The translations under genes were made by a program, and so were the position numbers. The notes under the pieces are model-generated. The model was not told where the DNA came from. It did not search any database and worked only from the letters and a program-made list of their open reading frames with translations. From Lytechinus pictus (Eukaryota): a DNA stretch of 64,000 bases. The stretch is from the NCBI RefSeq assembly GCF_037042905.1, contig NC_087248.1, positions 25,544,001 through 25,608,000 of the forward strand, in the 5' to 3' direction. Position 1 is the stretch's first letter, and the number at the start of each line of letters is the position of its first letter. Shown here in pieces: positions 1 to 11,000 of this stretch.

Positions 1-172
1 TAGTGAAATGCTGTTATAATGAGGTCAGGCAGAACAATTTCCTCATATAAAAAAATCATTTTGAGGTCCCAACTCTTTGTTTCTGGACTCTGTTGTAGCA
101 AGCATAGGAACCTGATATGTCAAGGACAACATCCTTTTTTAAGGTTCTCGTTATAATGGTATACCACTGTAG
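1..172 (-). mobile_element. End of a Tc1/pogo-like MITE inside a SAM-gene intron
   Basis: Minus strand reads TA|CAGTGGTATACCATTATAACGAG, with a recurring GTTATAA motif. Confidence 0.4.
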
Positions 173-687
173 TATTAAAATCACTGATGACCCAAATGGA
201 CGGGGACCACTGGGAAGGACACTCAGGCTGACAAGAATACTACCAATAACGCAGTATGCCATGTTCTAGGCAGGAACAATCAAAGTATTAAGTGGCACAC
301 ACATAAATTATTCATTTTTCTCATCTGTACCCAGCTTCCACTCCCTAGTTATATTACTTGATGAAGTTGGTAATTAATGGTGGAATCTCATCAGGCCCTT
401 TTACCTTACACCATAAGCATGCACACTCCTGACCAAAACCTTTTTTCTAATTTTCCCTTCAAATCAGGGTATCAGAGTGTCAGCTTTAGTGGCTCATTCA
501 AATAGCTGAAGTAACCACAAAGATTTGGTAAGCAGTCATGCGTGCCTGTAGAATCATACACACTGACCTTTATGACTTATGTAAAACCTGTGTGAAAAAA
601 GAGGTTCGTGCAAGACTGAAAGAGACTCATAACTATCCTTCCATGTGAGCCTTAAGAAATCTTTCTTTTCTTTTTAATAAGACATAC

Positions 688-1798
688 CATTCCAATGTCC
701 AAGAGATGAGGGAATTTTATAAGAGTTTCAGCCAAATCCGGACATTCAGCACTATGCAGTAAACTCCATCGGTATTCTGCTGTTTCTCTCATCAGGTCTC
801 TAACCTTTGATGGATCACTTATATGATTCATTTGTTCTGCAATCTGCTCCATCTTCTTCTTATCTGCATCATCTACATCAAATGAATTGCAAAATGCAAT
901 AAAGGCTAATAGTTACCTTAGAAGTTTCAGGACAAGGTTTGCAATGTGGAATGTGGGGACCATGTGTAAAAGAGGGACAAAAGTGTGTGAAGAATTGAGA
1001 AAGAGAAGGGTTGATGAGTGTTGTGTACAGGACGTGAGATGGAGAAAGATTTGTGGGAGTGTAAATGTTCGGATTTTTTTTTTTCTTTAAATCTTCTTGC
1101 AACTTTTAAGACCATTTTCATGAAAAATCTGGCATATTATGCTATGTAAGCTTTAGCAAGGTCTAAAATAGCCTAACCAGTTAAGGGTTAATACATACCA
1201 TGTGTGACAGGCACAGCATTTTCACTAGAAGTTCCTTCATCACATTCTTCAGAGAACATCACTGATTCCTGCTCCTCCTTAACCTTACTTCTCCGAAGAT
1301 TTCTCAGTTTATTCTCCAATATACCTGATGCCGTACATATTTTTGATCCTTTGGTATACCACTGTTCCTGCATTATGGGGAGGGAAAAAAGTACAATTTG
1401 TTGTATTGGAAGTGACAAATAAAGTTTAAACACATCTTTCTACTTCTAACTCCAAAAATGACAATTTTTATCACAGAATGTATCTATTTGAAAATAAGAG
1501 AGAATATAATACCTACTGCAACCACCTCCAGTGGGCAGAGACATAGAAAAAAAAGAGAAATAAAATAATGGGTGGTAAAAAGTTATGCGCATTTTGGTAC
1601 CTTCCTGATTTAAGTACAGCTTGATTGATTTCTTAACCGAACTAAGAGGCCTTCCATATGTGCCTTTCTACAGGGGAGTAATTAACAGATGTCAGCTGAC
1701 AGGGGGCAAGAGCCATAACAATTTCCCTGTAACTAAGTCCAAAATGTGCAGGCATAAGCCCCCCCCCCCCCCCCACCGTGAGCAGCCTGCCATGAAGC

Positions 1799-1853
<55 letters not shown>

Positions 1854-4800
1854 ATATAATTCTTTCTCCCTTTTAAAAAAATCTTTGTTGCCCAGTCGTT
1901 TCTTTCCTAAATAGCCCCTCCCCCTTTCCATCTTCCCTCTTTACCAATGAAAAGTCCCCTTCATTCTGCTCCTTTTTTATTTTCCAAGCTCTCTTATTCA
2001 TTTTTTTATGGTTTTTGTTTTCTTTCCTTGTCCTTTGTTATTCAAGACAATATGCATCCATACACATTCAAGCATGACAAATTAAGAGCAATATTTTTTA
2101 CTTACATATCCTTTTCCCTCCGGGTCTTTTAGGCATGGAAAGGCAACTACAATTGAGTGAGCCATTGCTTCTTTAACATCTGAGCTGGGTCTGAAACGTT
2201 AATTAATGACACAATTACAACATAATATGTCAGGTGTATTCAGGATTTTTATGACTTTTCAAATATCATTTCTCACAAGGGGGTGGGGGCAACCATGTTG
2301 TATAACCAATATACACACACTATCCCTGTAAACTAATATGTGCAAAAATGTATGTGATGTACATAAGACCATGGACCTAGTAGGTCCATGATAAGACCAA
2401 ATAACTCTGGGGCGAGTATGAACTGATCAAAAGGTACATGAGAGCTGGTCTTTTCACCAACTCATACCAAACAGGCATTAGCCTTTCTTGTAGGGAGTGG
2501 ATAGGTATGGATTATATCACCAATCCAGGACCCATAGGTCTTTGTTTCAAATTCGTTACCATGGCAACATTACATGCGATGGGCTGTGATTGAAGGCCTC
2601 CCCACTCTTCTATCAATTGATCTTCAAAAGCAACCTTTTTTACATGCCATTGTGTACAAAGGCATGTAAAAATGGTTGCCTTTGAAGATCAATTGATAGG
2701 GCGTTAAAAATGGCAAGAAAACAACAAAATGTATAAAATCTGTACCCTAAAATGAAAAAAAAAAAAATATTTCATACCTTATTTAGAGGGGGGGGGGGAG
2801 GGAATATATATATATTTATAACTTGTTCTGGTTATTGCCATATTGCATGGTCATAATGTGTTTAGAGTTTTTTTTTTTTTTTTTTTTTTATCTGAAATAT
2901 TGGGGTAAAAGGGATGCTGCTCTAGTCTAAAGCAGTTTCCTCAGGATTGGCAGTTATCAAAAATGCAATGATCTAAAAAGAAATATAGCACAAACTAGAG
3001 ATTGAAATATTTGTTGGCTATAAGAACTTCTTATTTTACTGTTTTTATTTTTATAAGTCTCTCCAATTTTCAACCATTCCGAACCATCAGTATTCATGCA
3101 CTACACATGTCAAATGTTTCTACATTCCAAAATGTAGTAAATTTCGACTCTTCAAACAACCATTAAAATATTATCCAATTTTAGGACTTACCTCTCACAA
3201 TAATTTTGTATGAGATGTTGAGCACACATATCAGCAATAACCCGTTGGGCTTCATTAGTGAGTATACGATCTTTGGTTATAGATGCACATGCTTTTTTGC
3301 CCTTAGCAGTCGTTTCCAGTATAGCTTGAACATCCTGAACAAAAAAAGTACAAGTGATGTTATGTTGTATTACTAAAACATGTATACAGTTGTTTTAAAA
3401 TTGTAAAATATATTACATAATAATAATAATAATAACAAAAGTAATAATAACAATAATATTAATACTGGTAAGAATAATAACAGCAAAATAGAATCCTATT
3501 ATCATTTTGTTTCACTCTATGCCTTCTGTACCTCTTCTTTTTTGCCAGATGCATCTATATATTATTGTAATAACTTTCTTTACTTGTGTATTTCATATGA
3601 TATATTGTTTATGAACTTTGAATTCTTCAAACATGTATATCTGCCTTGATTGATTTCAAAGAATATGCATGTTTATAATACCTGCACACTCTTAGTAACC
3701 AAAGATTTCTTATAACATCATTGCCCTTAGCATTAAACATGCTGAGATCATGGAGATCACAGGATGCAAAATCATGACTGCTGTCTGCTCTGGAACATCC
3801 TTAATGCAAACAAATTGGAACATAGTTGCTTGCTTTCAAAATGGAGCTTCAGGGGCTTGGTTTCATGATCAGAGACAAATATCTAACACCAGAGAGGTCA
3901 TGTAACTCTATAAACACAAACAAACAGATGCAATCCAATTTTTTTTTCAAGCTGGAAATAAACGCCTGCTGGCTGAAATGCGGATCCCTTAAATTACATG
4001 GCTATATGAATGGTAATCAAAAGTAAATACTCACAAATTTGCAAGATTTCTGTTTCTTCAATGGAGGTAGTTTTGCAGGCACTGCCTCTGTTGATGTTGA
4101 TGGTTTGATGACATAAGGTTCTACCACTTTTTCGGCCTGGGAAAGTATGGACTGATCTTCATCACTTTCCAAACTGCTGAAAAGGCTAGTTGAATCGTCT
4201 ACAGATACTGCAGAAGCTACTGAGTTCATCAAATCAAAGGAACTATCACCAGCTTCAGCATCATTGGATCTATTAAAATGCTGAGAGGACATGAAATCAG
4301 GAAATGTAACAGGAGCAACAGTCACGACTTCCATTGCGCTAGCTTCCACCTGCATTAAACAAACAAAAACATGTAAAAGTGTCCTCATTAAATTGTGTCT
4401 ACATCATATCTTCTTATACTAAAATGAAGTTGGATTTACATTATGTCTGAAATTTTTCTTTGAAATATGCATGAGGTTTTTTTTAATTCCAAAGGATACA
4501 GGGTTTACTTTTTTGGACTTACTGCACAGGCTAGATATGCTACAATGAACAGGTTTAAAAAAAAAAAAAAAAAAGGATAATGGATTTCTCACACTGTATT
4601 TCAGAAATCCATCAGACCATGTTGTAACGAGTGACAATGTACCAGCTGTGGTCTGAGCGCTCATAGTTTGTGCATGTATGAAAAGGTCTATGCTCCGTAA
4701 GATCATCTGGTCTCTTAACTTGAAATTCCTTTGTCCTTTTTTCTTTCACTGCATAAGCTTGGTAGTGATCATCAAAATAGAGTGTGTCCCATGGTTGCAA

Positions 4801-7800
4801 AATCAAATACAACTGGGATTCATGGTTTACTATTTGCACTACCTTAGCAAATACAGGCAAGTCATCTTTCCAGTCAATTAAGATCATCACATTGCACCTG
4901 TACATGTAGCCATTGACTATGATGGTTTTGCACACAATTACTTCAGTATCAAGAGGGCATCCAACCAAATTACTTATGATATCAGCATGATCCAATAGTG
5001 AAGCTGGGGTAACTGTTTGACTCTGAATTTCAATAGAAGTACTCTCCATAGGTTGTTTCCCCAAGTTCTTGTATGCCTGCTCCATCTGATGTTTGGATGC
5101 CAAGGTTTTGGCTATGTTCTTATAGTTATAACATGTCCTCGCCCATTGTTTCAATGGATTGTGTTTAGCCTCTAGTCTCATGCATGTGTACTGGTGGAGT
5201 GGGCCCAAGAGACGTATGGCTCTTGGATAGTGCAACAAGTTGTGTGCTTTTGGTATGAGGTGGCGTTCAGGAAACAGCTCTAAAAACAAAGTATGATGCT
5301 CCTTTATTTTTGACTTCAAGTAGTAAGTTCCATCAATACTGATAACGGGTGAACACACTACTTTATATATTTCTAACAGCATGATGAACAATTCCCAATA
5401 CATGTTATTTTTTGGAACTTTGTCTCCGATCATGAGTGGCAGAAAAAGAGCAAGACATTGCATTTGGGATGCTTTTTGCCCACTGCTTCCAAATGGATTA
5501 TTTAGCTGACTCTGAGTTAAGGGACAAGGCCTGTTCTTTTGGTCATTGAAACCATAGCTAAATGACCCTATTCTGCTGTTGATAAGATCCAAGCTGAAAA
5601 TTCTTTGATCAGAAATGAATTCTTTTAGCACAAGTTTCATTTCAATGGGAAGTAGTCCTTCCAAAAAATCATGCATTATATCCACAGTTGCATTGTGTGA
5701 TACATGAAAGTAGCTCAGGTTATTAAATACTGATGATCTTGCCAAACCAGTTAATGGCAAGGCATTTTGCCTCAAGTCATGCTCAATGTTTTCACACGTG
5801 CGGAGAGAATCCTGATCTTCTACAACTTGAGTGTAAGTAATTTGTTTGATAGTCTTACAAAAACGGCAAAAGTAATTTGCTGAAAAACTTCCTGCATATC
5901 CCAGGACTGTGTTCATCGCCAAATTGTCCCCAATTATCTGGAATAGTTTTGGCTTTACCATTCCTTTGTATCCTTCACATGTGACATTTATGCCACTCAC
6001 AGACACAATTTCCAGGTCACGAACAATGGGAGAAAAAATGGAGTCCAGTCCGTACTTTGAAACTAGTGTTGATTTGGCTAGCGCTACCAAAAGAATATTA
6101 TCTAACTTTGCTTGGTATTTTGGATGCAAACAAAGCAATTTTAAATACACGCCTAATAACTTGTGTTGTCCTTTTTTAGATCCTAATGGATTTGCAGTTT
6201 CAAATTCATCAGTGTAGAGTAACAGTTGAATTGTAATTTCCCCATCATTTGCCTGTCTAGATTGCTTATAATACAATCCATCTTGGTAGGTTTCCAGAAT
6301 AATTTTGTCACTGACTTTCTGTTTATATTGAAGTATACTGAAAATACATCCAGGTCTTTCAAGAAAAGTTTTCAAATTTTCCTCTATAGGAATATACTGA
6401 AATGTTTCAGCTACTCTGTCTTGGTGTGTCCTTCCAGACTCCCTGTCAATTGCTTGCTTATGAATGTAACCTAATGTAATATCCACTGGTTCTACAAGAG
6501 CTCCCTTCTCCTTTGCATGTTGTTTTTGTTGGTATTCAGTTGTGAGGTTTAAAAATGGCTCTTTGACTGATTGCAAAGTTGATTGAATGTTTTCAATGCT
6601 TTCTTTGGAAGGACATACACTGTCATTGGCATCTTTTATAATAGGGGCTACAACTTCTTCAACTGCACATACAATGTTATGAATAAGTTCGCTGGTCCCT
6701 TCAATAAATCTTTGCACAGTACAAGTTGGTATGGAGGAACTTTTAAAATCAGCTATGAAACTTGCTGCTGCATCTTTAACTGCTGCTCCTATTTCTGTTG
6801 AGGATCTTGGGAGAACTTCACTTATGGTGTCTTCTTGGTTATTCTCAGGAAATGTACCAATCACTGCAGCTTCCTGCTGAGCTAACTGTTGAGGAGAATT
6901 TGACCCTTGAAGTGCAGCAACTTCATTTAATGAATTATGATCGGAGTCCAAGTGCCTTTTATAGGCATAGCCAGAGTAATAAATATTTGTACAATTTCCC
7001 TGTCCACATATGATCTTTCCTTTTGTTTTTGTAGTTATGTTGTGGACAGTTCTCAAGTGTTTCCACAGTTTCTCATTATCTGCTAGTTTTAGAAGACATT
7101 TAAAACAGCTAAACATATTCTTGGCATGTGCAGCAACTTCTCATCTTCTATAACTAACCTGACTTTTATGATGCAGGAAATGTTTCACAAATTTCAGTCT
7201 TTGTCCCAGCTTTGGGATAATCATTTCCAGCATGGCACGGTCATTGATATCAATCAGCATAATCGATTCCTCATCAAATTCTTGATCTGTGAATAAAGAA
7301 GACAAAGAGAAAAAGAAAGAAAACATTTATTTCAAATATGAATAATTCTATTTAAACTTGAGATGGATTTTGGGGTTTTACATTTTTTTTAAATAAACAT
7401 GGGTATGGCTTAGAAATGATAGACATTGCGATTCTCGACAGAAAAAAAGTAACGGAATGTCACTGCAATGCCTCTTCTTGTTGTGGACATATTGTGTGAC
7501 ACATCAAGGAGGGCTGATTCATCCTCCCTCCAGCTTTTTTAAGGGTTAAGTTGACAAGGTAAACTATTTTAGTTTTTTTTGGTCAATTTTAGGGGCTGGG
7601 CATTGATATTTCCATTGAAGTCTTGACATCATCCCTCTCTCTCTATCTCTTAGCCTACTCTTAACATTTGCTTTGACCATTTTTTCCGGCAAAATTTACA
7701 CTGTCAGTGCTGCAATTACTTCTTCGAGTGGGGGGGGGGGGGGCATTGGCAGGGCAAGGTTCAAGTTTAGGGGTAGGGCATGGCCAGTGTGGTGAAAGGT

Positions 7801-9272
7801 AAAAAAAAAAAAGTTGTTGGGGATGGGGGAAAAGCTTTTGACTGGGGGGGGGGGGGGGAGGGGTGGGAGGATAGTGCCCCCCAAAGCAAATATTGCAATC
7901 ATTTTTGCATCTCTTTTTTTTGTTTTTACCTTGGTGTTTCATGATTTACACATCCTTGACACTGCCAAACTGTGTTTTCAATTTGATATTGATGTTTTTC
8001 AAAAAAATAGCACCAGAATTTTCCCATAGATTTTGTACAGGTTGCACTGCTTCCTGTAGCACCACTTACAGCAACACCGCTGGTGTTCAGACTTTAATTA
8101 CAAATAACTCAAATATTTTACAATCAACAAAAATGAAAATTTCCAGATTATGAAATACCTCCTGGAGATAATGAGAAAAAATACACAACTTTACCAAAAT
8201 ATGTAACAGCACCACCTTCTTTGGTGGGGTGACCCCATGACACATCACAAAAAATACCAAGTTTTTCAACATTAAAATTTAATGCCAAAATAATTAAATA
8301 AAATGTACTTCAGCTGCCCACGCTCCTGCAATGGGGTGGGATTTTGACTCAATTTTGAAAAACATGCACGCAAGTTGCATAAGGGGGCCTAACAAAGTGA
8401 TAAGTTGCCCCCCCCCCCCTCGCTGTCAACTTTGAGTATAGCAAGGTCAGCCCTTCCCAATCCTGATTCCAAAATTGTAATCCATCAAAATGATGCAGAA
8501 ATAAACTGGGGAGAAAATGGCCTGGCATATAGAAGTTGACTTTAAAAGCGGCCAAGCTAGGCTAAACAAAGTAGTAGGTCCAGATCTACCTTAGACTCCT
8601 AATTCTAAACTTTATTAGACTAAGTCCCACTCAGGCAGTCAGGGGACCTACCAGCACATGCAAATCTTGTACACACAAATCCACTGGGTTTTCAACAATT
8701 CCGTGGGGACATAACTGGATTTGAAATGAGCTAAATCCCCAGGTCTAACGTAGCACACATCACTCATACAATGCACAAATTATGGCACACATGTTGTGCC
8801 AGGTAATAACCTTGCATTAATAAACAGAAGTCACAACTCCCAACCCTTGGCCTATCATCTCTTCCTTTTTTCAATGAGGCTGGACCTAGACCTGCATCAA
8901 ACGTATACGTGTCAATTTCAGTTAGCGCCTAAAATCTGAGCAATATCTTGTCTGCTATAGCCCTTTTAACTGGTTGCGAAAATACAAATTATTTAGTGCA
9001 GCAGACTTCAAACGCCGATAATCGGAGGGCTCCGCACGGACGCCAGGGGCCGCCGTTGGCCTTCGCGACGGGGGCTTCCGAACTGAAACGCGACATCAAT
9101 CACCTTCCAATTTAGTATTTACAATCATCTTTGAGATGTTCTTTGGATCTATATGATGAATTAATAAAATTAATATAATCTAAATAATATAAATAGTAAT
9201 GTGTTTACCTTTAAATGAAGTGATTACATCTTGGGGCATCCCCCAAGACATCAGCAGCGACTCCATGTCCAT
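688..9272 (-). CDS. Spliced SAM-domain (SAMD3-like) accessory gene of the EnSpm element, 3' incomplete; exons 9272-9209, 7286-7159, 4349-4035, 3334-3192, 2190-2106, 1367-1199, 872-688
   Basis: All junctions are GT-AG with compatible phases (1,0,0,2,0,1,0), giving 1089 nt of open frame. Exons 1+2 give MDMESLLMSWGMPQDVITSFKDQEFDEESIMLIDINDRAMLEMIIPKLGQRLKFVKHF, a SAM consensus. Later motifs include AFPCLKDPEGKGYEQWY..SGILENKLRNLRR and LMRETAEYR..FPHLLD. The start context is GCCATCATGG. Confidence 0.8.
925..1075 (+). pseudogene. RTE-clade LINE APE endonuclease N-terminal fragment
   Basis: RFAMWNVGTMCKRGTKVCEELRKRRVDECCVQDVRWR matches the APE start pattern xTWNVgTm...rr.vDilcvQEtRW. Confidence 0.7.
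4612..7116 (-). CDS. CACTA/EnSpm (CMC superfamily) DDE transposase with two N-terminal C2H2 zinc fingers, 834 aa, intact single ORF
   Basis: C2H2 motifs CFKC..HLRTVH and CGQGNC..HLDSDH. Candidate catalytic residues lie in LLYTDEFETANPLG, GDNLA and MRLEAKH. CMC signatures C(2)C (CRFC), [M/L]H (DIMHD) and H(3)H (HNLLH) are present. The ORF lies inside a CACT-terminated element. Confidence 0.9.
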   Translation of the reverse strand: MFSCFKCLLKLADNEKLWKHLRTVHNITTKTKGKIICGQGNCTNIYYSGYAYKRHLDSDHNSLNEVAALQGSNSPQQLAQQEAAVIGTFPENNQEDTISEVLPRSSTEIGAAVKDAAASFIADFKSSSIPTCTVQRFIEGTSELIHNIVCAVEEVVAPIIKDANDSVCPSKESIENIQSTLQSVKEPFLNLTTEYQQKQHAKEKGALVEPVDITLGYIHKQAIDRESGRTHQDRVAETFQYIPIEENLKTFLERPGCIFSILQYKQKVSDKIILETYQDGLYYKQSRQANDGEITIQLLLYTDEFETANPLGSKKGQHKLLGVYLKLLCLHPKYQAKLDNILLVALAKSTLVSKYGLDSIFSPIVRDLEIVSVSGINVTCEGYKGMVKPKLFQIIGDNLAMNTVLGYAGSFSANYFCRFCKTIKQITYTQVVEDQDSLRTCENIEHDLRQNALPLTGLARSSVFNNLSYFHVSHNATVDIMHDFLEGLLPIEMKLVLKEFISDQRIFSLDLINSRIGSFSYGFNDQKNRPCPLTQSQLNNPFGSSGQKASQMQCLALFLPLMIGDKVPKNNMYWELFIMLLEIYKVVCSPVISIDGTYYLKSKIKEHHTLFLELFPERHLIPKAHNLLHYPRAIRLLGPLHQYTCMRLEAKHNPLKQWARTCYNYKNIAKTLASKHQMEQAYKNLGKQPMESTSIEIQSQTVTPASLLDHADIISNLVGCPLDTEVIVCKTIIVNGYMYRCNVMILIDWKDDLPVFAKVVQIVNHESQLYLILQPWDTLYFDDHYQAYAVKEKRTKEFQVKRPDDLTEHRPFHTCTNYERSDHSWYIVTRYNMV

Positions 9273-10254
9273 GATGGCTTCTTTCACACATCACCAGTTC
9301 ACCACGTGCGTGTATAGGTGTAAACCTCAAACTTGTAAAGTGCGTGTGTTGATGATTATCCAAAATGGGGTAACATCTCAATTTTTTACCAAGAGCCGAC
9401 AAATGGGGTAACATTTCATTCTTTTAAACCAAGATCCGGGTTTCATTTTACCCCTGTGCAGGTGTAAACTGTTACTCGCAACCTGTGTACCCTTGTTTCA
9501 TGCTTCTACACATATATGTGTACATTTTTACACATATTTTTACCACAACTGTTTAACCACAAGTTTCTTTACCACCCATTTCTAAGAGTGTATCGAATGA
9601 TGCCAAGCCATAACTATCGGAATAAATGGCAATAATAAATTGGAAAGGTCCAAACGGGTGATATCAAATACAAATGAGTCTCTCGCTCATTGCATGAGAT
9701 TTGGTAGCCCTGAACAATTTATATAATACAACGTTCAAAGAACGACAATGATACAGTCATCCCCCCAAATACGAAAACAAAATGATGAATGCAATATCTG
9801 TATAACGAAGGAATTGCCCATAACTGTAATATTTTATGTAGAGTTTGAATGACGTCATATTTTCCCTCATTCTGTTAAAAAGGCAAAATAATGATATTCT
9901 CCACTTTTTTTTTACTGGATCCAATGCACCTTCGAAATCTGCATATAGGCTACACATACACACCAAATATTAATACATAAGCCAATGCAATACCAATTAC
10001 CTGTAAGTAACAAATTGAACACTCCACTGGTATGACTACCGCTACATAAAACTCAAGGCATGGGACTTCAATGAATGATCATGCAATTGTGCATTATCTA
10101 GCTTAAACATTTTATTTAACATTTTTTTTATGCAATATGAAATTGAAATAAAACAGTTCTGATCACTTACTGTACTTGAAACAAAGGATCAGTTCCTAAC
10201 TTATGCCAAAGAAGGTAGTTTAGGTCCAGAATTGTAGAGAATTGCACCACCATA

Positions 10255-10420
10255 CACTGTAAAAAATGAAGTGCTAATTTAGCACTTCCAGTGCTTGTAT
10301 AGTGACTGCACTACCAGTGCTGATTTTCTAGTTCAAATTTAAACTAGAAAATCAGCTCGCAAAGTGCAGTTACTATACAAGCACTGTAAGTGCTAAATCA
10401 GCACTTAATTTTTTACAGTG
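10255..10420. mobile_element. Palindromic CACTG MITE (non-autonomous EnSpm-type), TA TSD
   Basis: TA|CACTGTAAAAAA...TTTTTTACAGTG|TA; the element is a near-full-length hairpin. Confidence 0.85.
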
Positions 10421-10849
10421 TAATTTTAAGCTGTAGGACGCATGTCCATTTCCATTTGTAGAACCGAATTTCCCGCCAATTCTGTAACTGACAGAATACC
10501 TGATAGCTACCTGAAACCAACTGCTTAACCATCGGGAAGACATTCACTAGCTGATGTCTTCCTGATTGTTGAGTGAGACGCTGTTTAAAAAAAATGATTT
10601 TGCTGAGTGTTTCTAATAGTTATTATGTGCCAATTGGCAAGCCGATGTCTTGCTGATAACTGGACAAGAAACTATCAAGAAGACATCCGGTAGGTGATGA
10701 TTGCTGATAGCTACCAAATAACTGTCTAAATGCTATCCGATAACCATCGGATGACTATCCGGTGGCTAACGGATGGCATTCTTTTTTGATATGGGGTATA
10801 GGCCCTACCTCTGCCTTTACTACCTATGCCATTATTTCCTCTGCCATTT

Positions 10850-11000
10850 TTTTCCCCAAGCCAAAGGTTCTCATCACCGCTGTTCAACATTCGTTTTACT
10901 TCAATGCCAGAGTCACCGATTGAATGCTCTCGACGAGAGCGTCAAGGAATGTACCACAATTACTCGTTTCAGGTCGCTTTGCCGCGTATGCAAAATGTTA
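10850..11000 (+). pseudogene. Degenerate LINE (CR1/L2-like) ORF2 C-terminus
   Basis: ..LNALDESVKECTTITRFRSLCR resembles the WNxLpxxik...FK C-terminal motif. Confidence 0.4.

Larger units (their letters stand above)
1..9590 (-). mobile_element. CACTA/EnSpm DNA transposon (one end at 9590, other end probably outside the window)
   Basis: Minus-strand terminus CACTCTTAGAAATGGGTGGTAAAG at 9590, flanked by TA (9591-9592). Subterminal TTTTAC-type repeats span 9300-9590. It encodes the transposase and the accessory gene. Confidence 0.75.

Noticed and set aside
56-560. Candidate exon 8 of the SAM gene
   Set aside because: The phase-0 acceptors tested lead to early stops or into a MITE end, so the continuation is unresolved and probably outside the window.
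5909-6801. Plus-strand ORFs overlapping the transposase
   Set aside because: They are antisense shadows of the real ORF.
9757-9966. Candidate host exon beside the transposon end
   Set aside because: I could not build a convincing spliced frame or find a recognisable motif.
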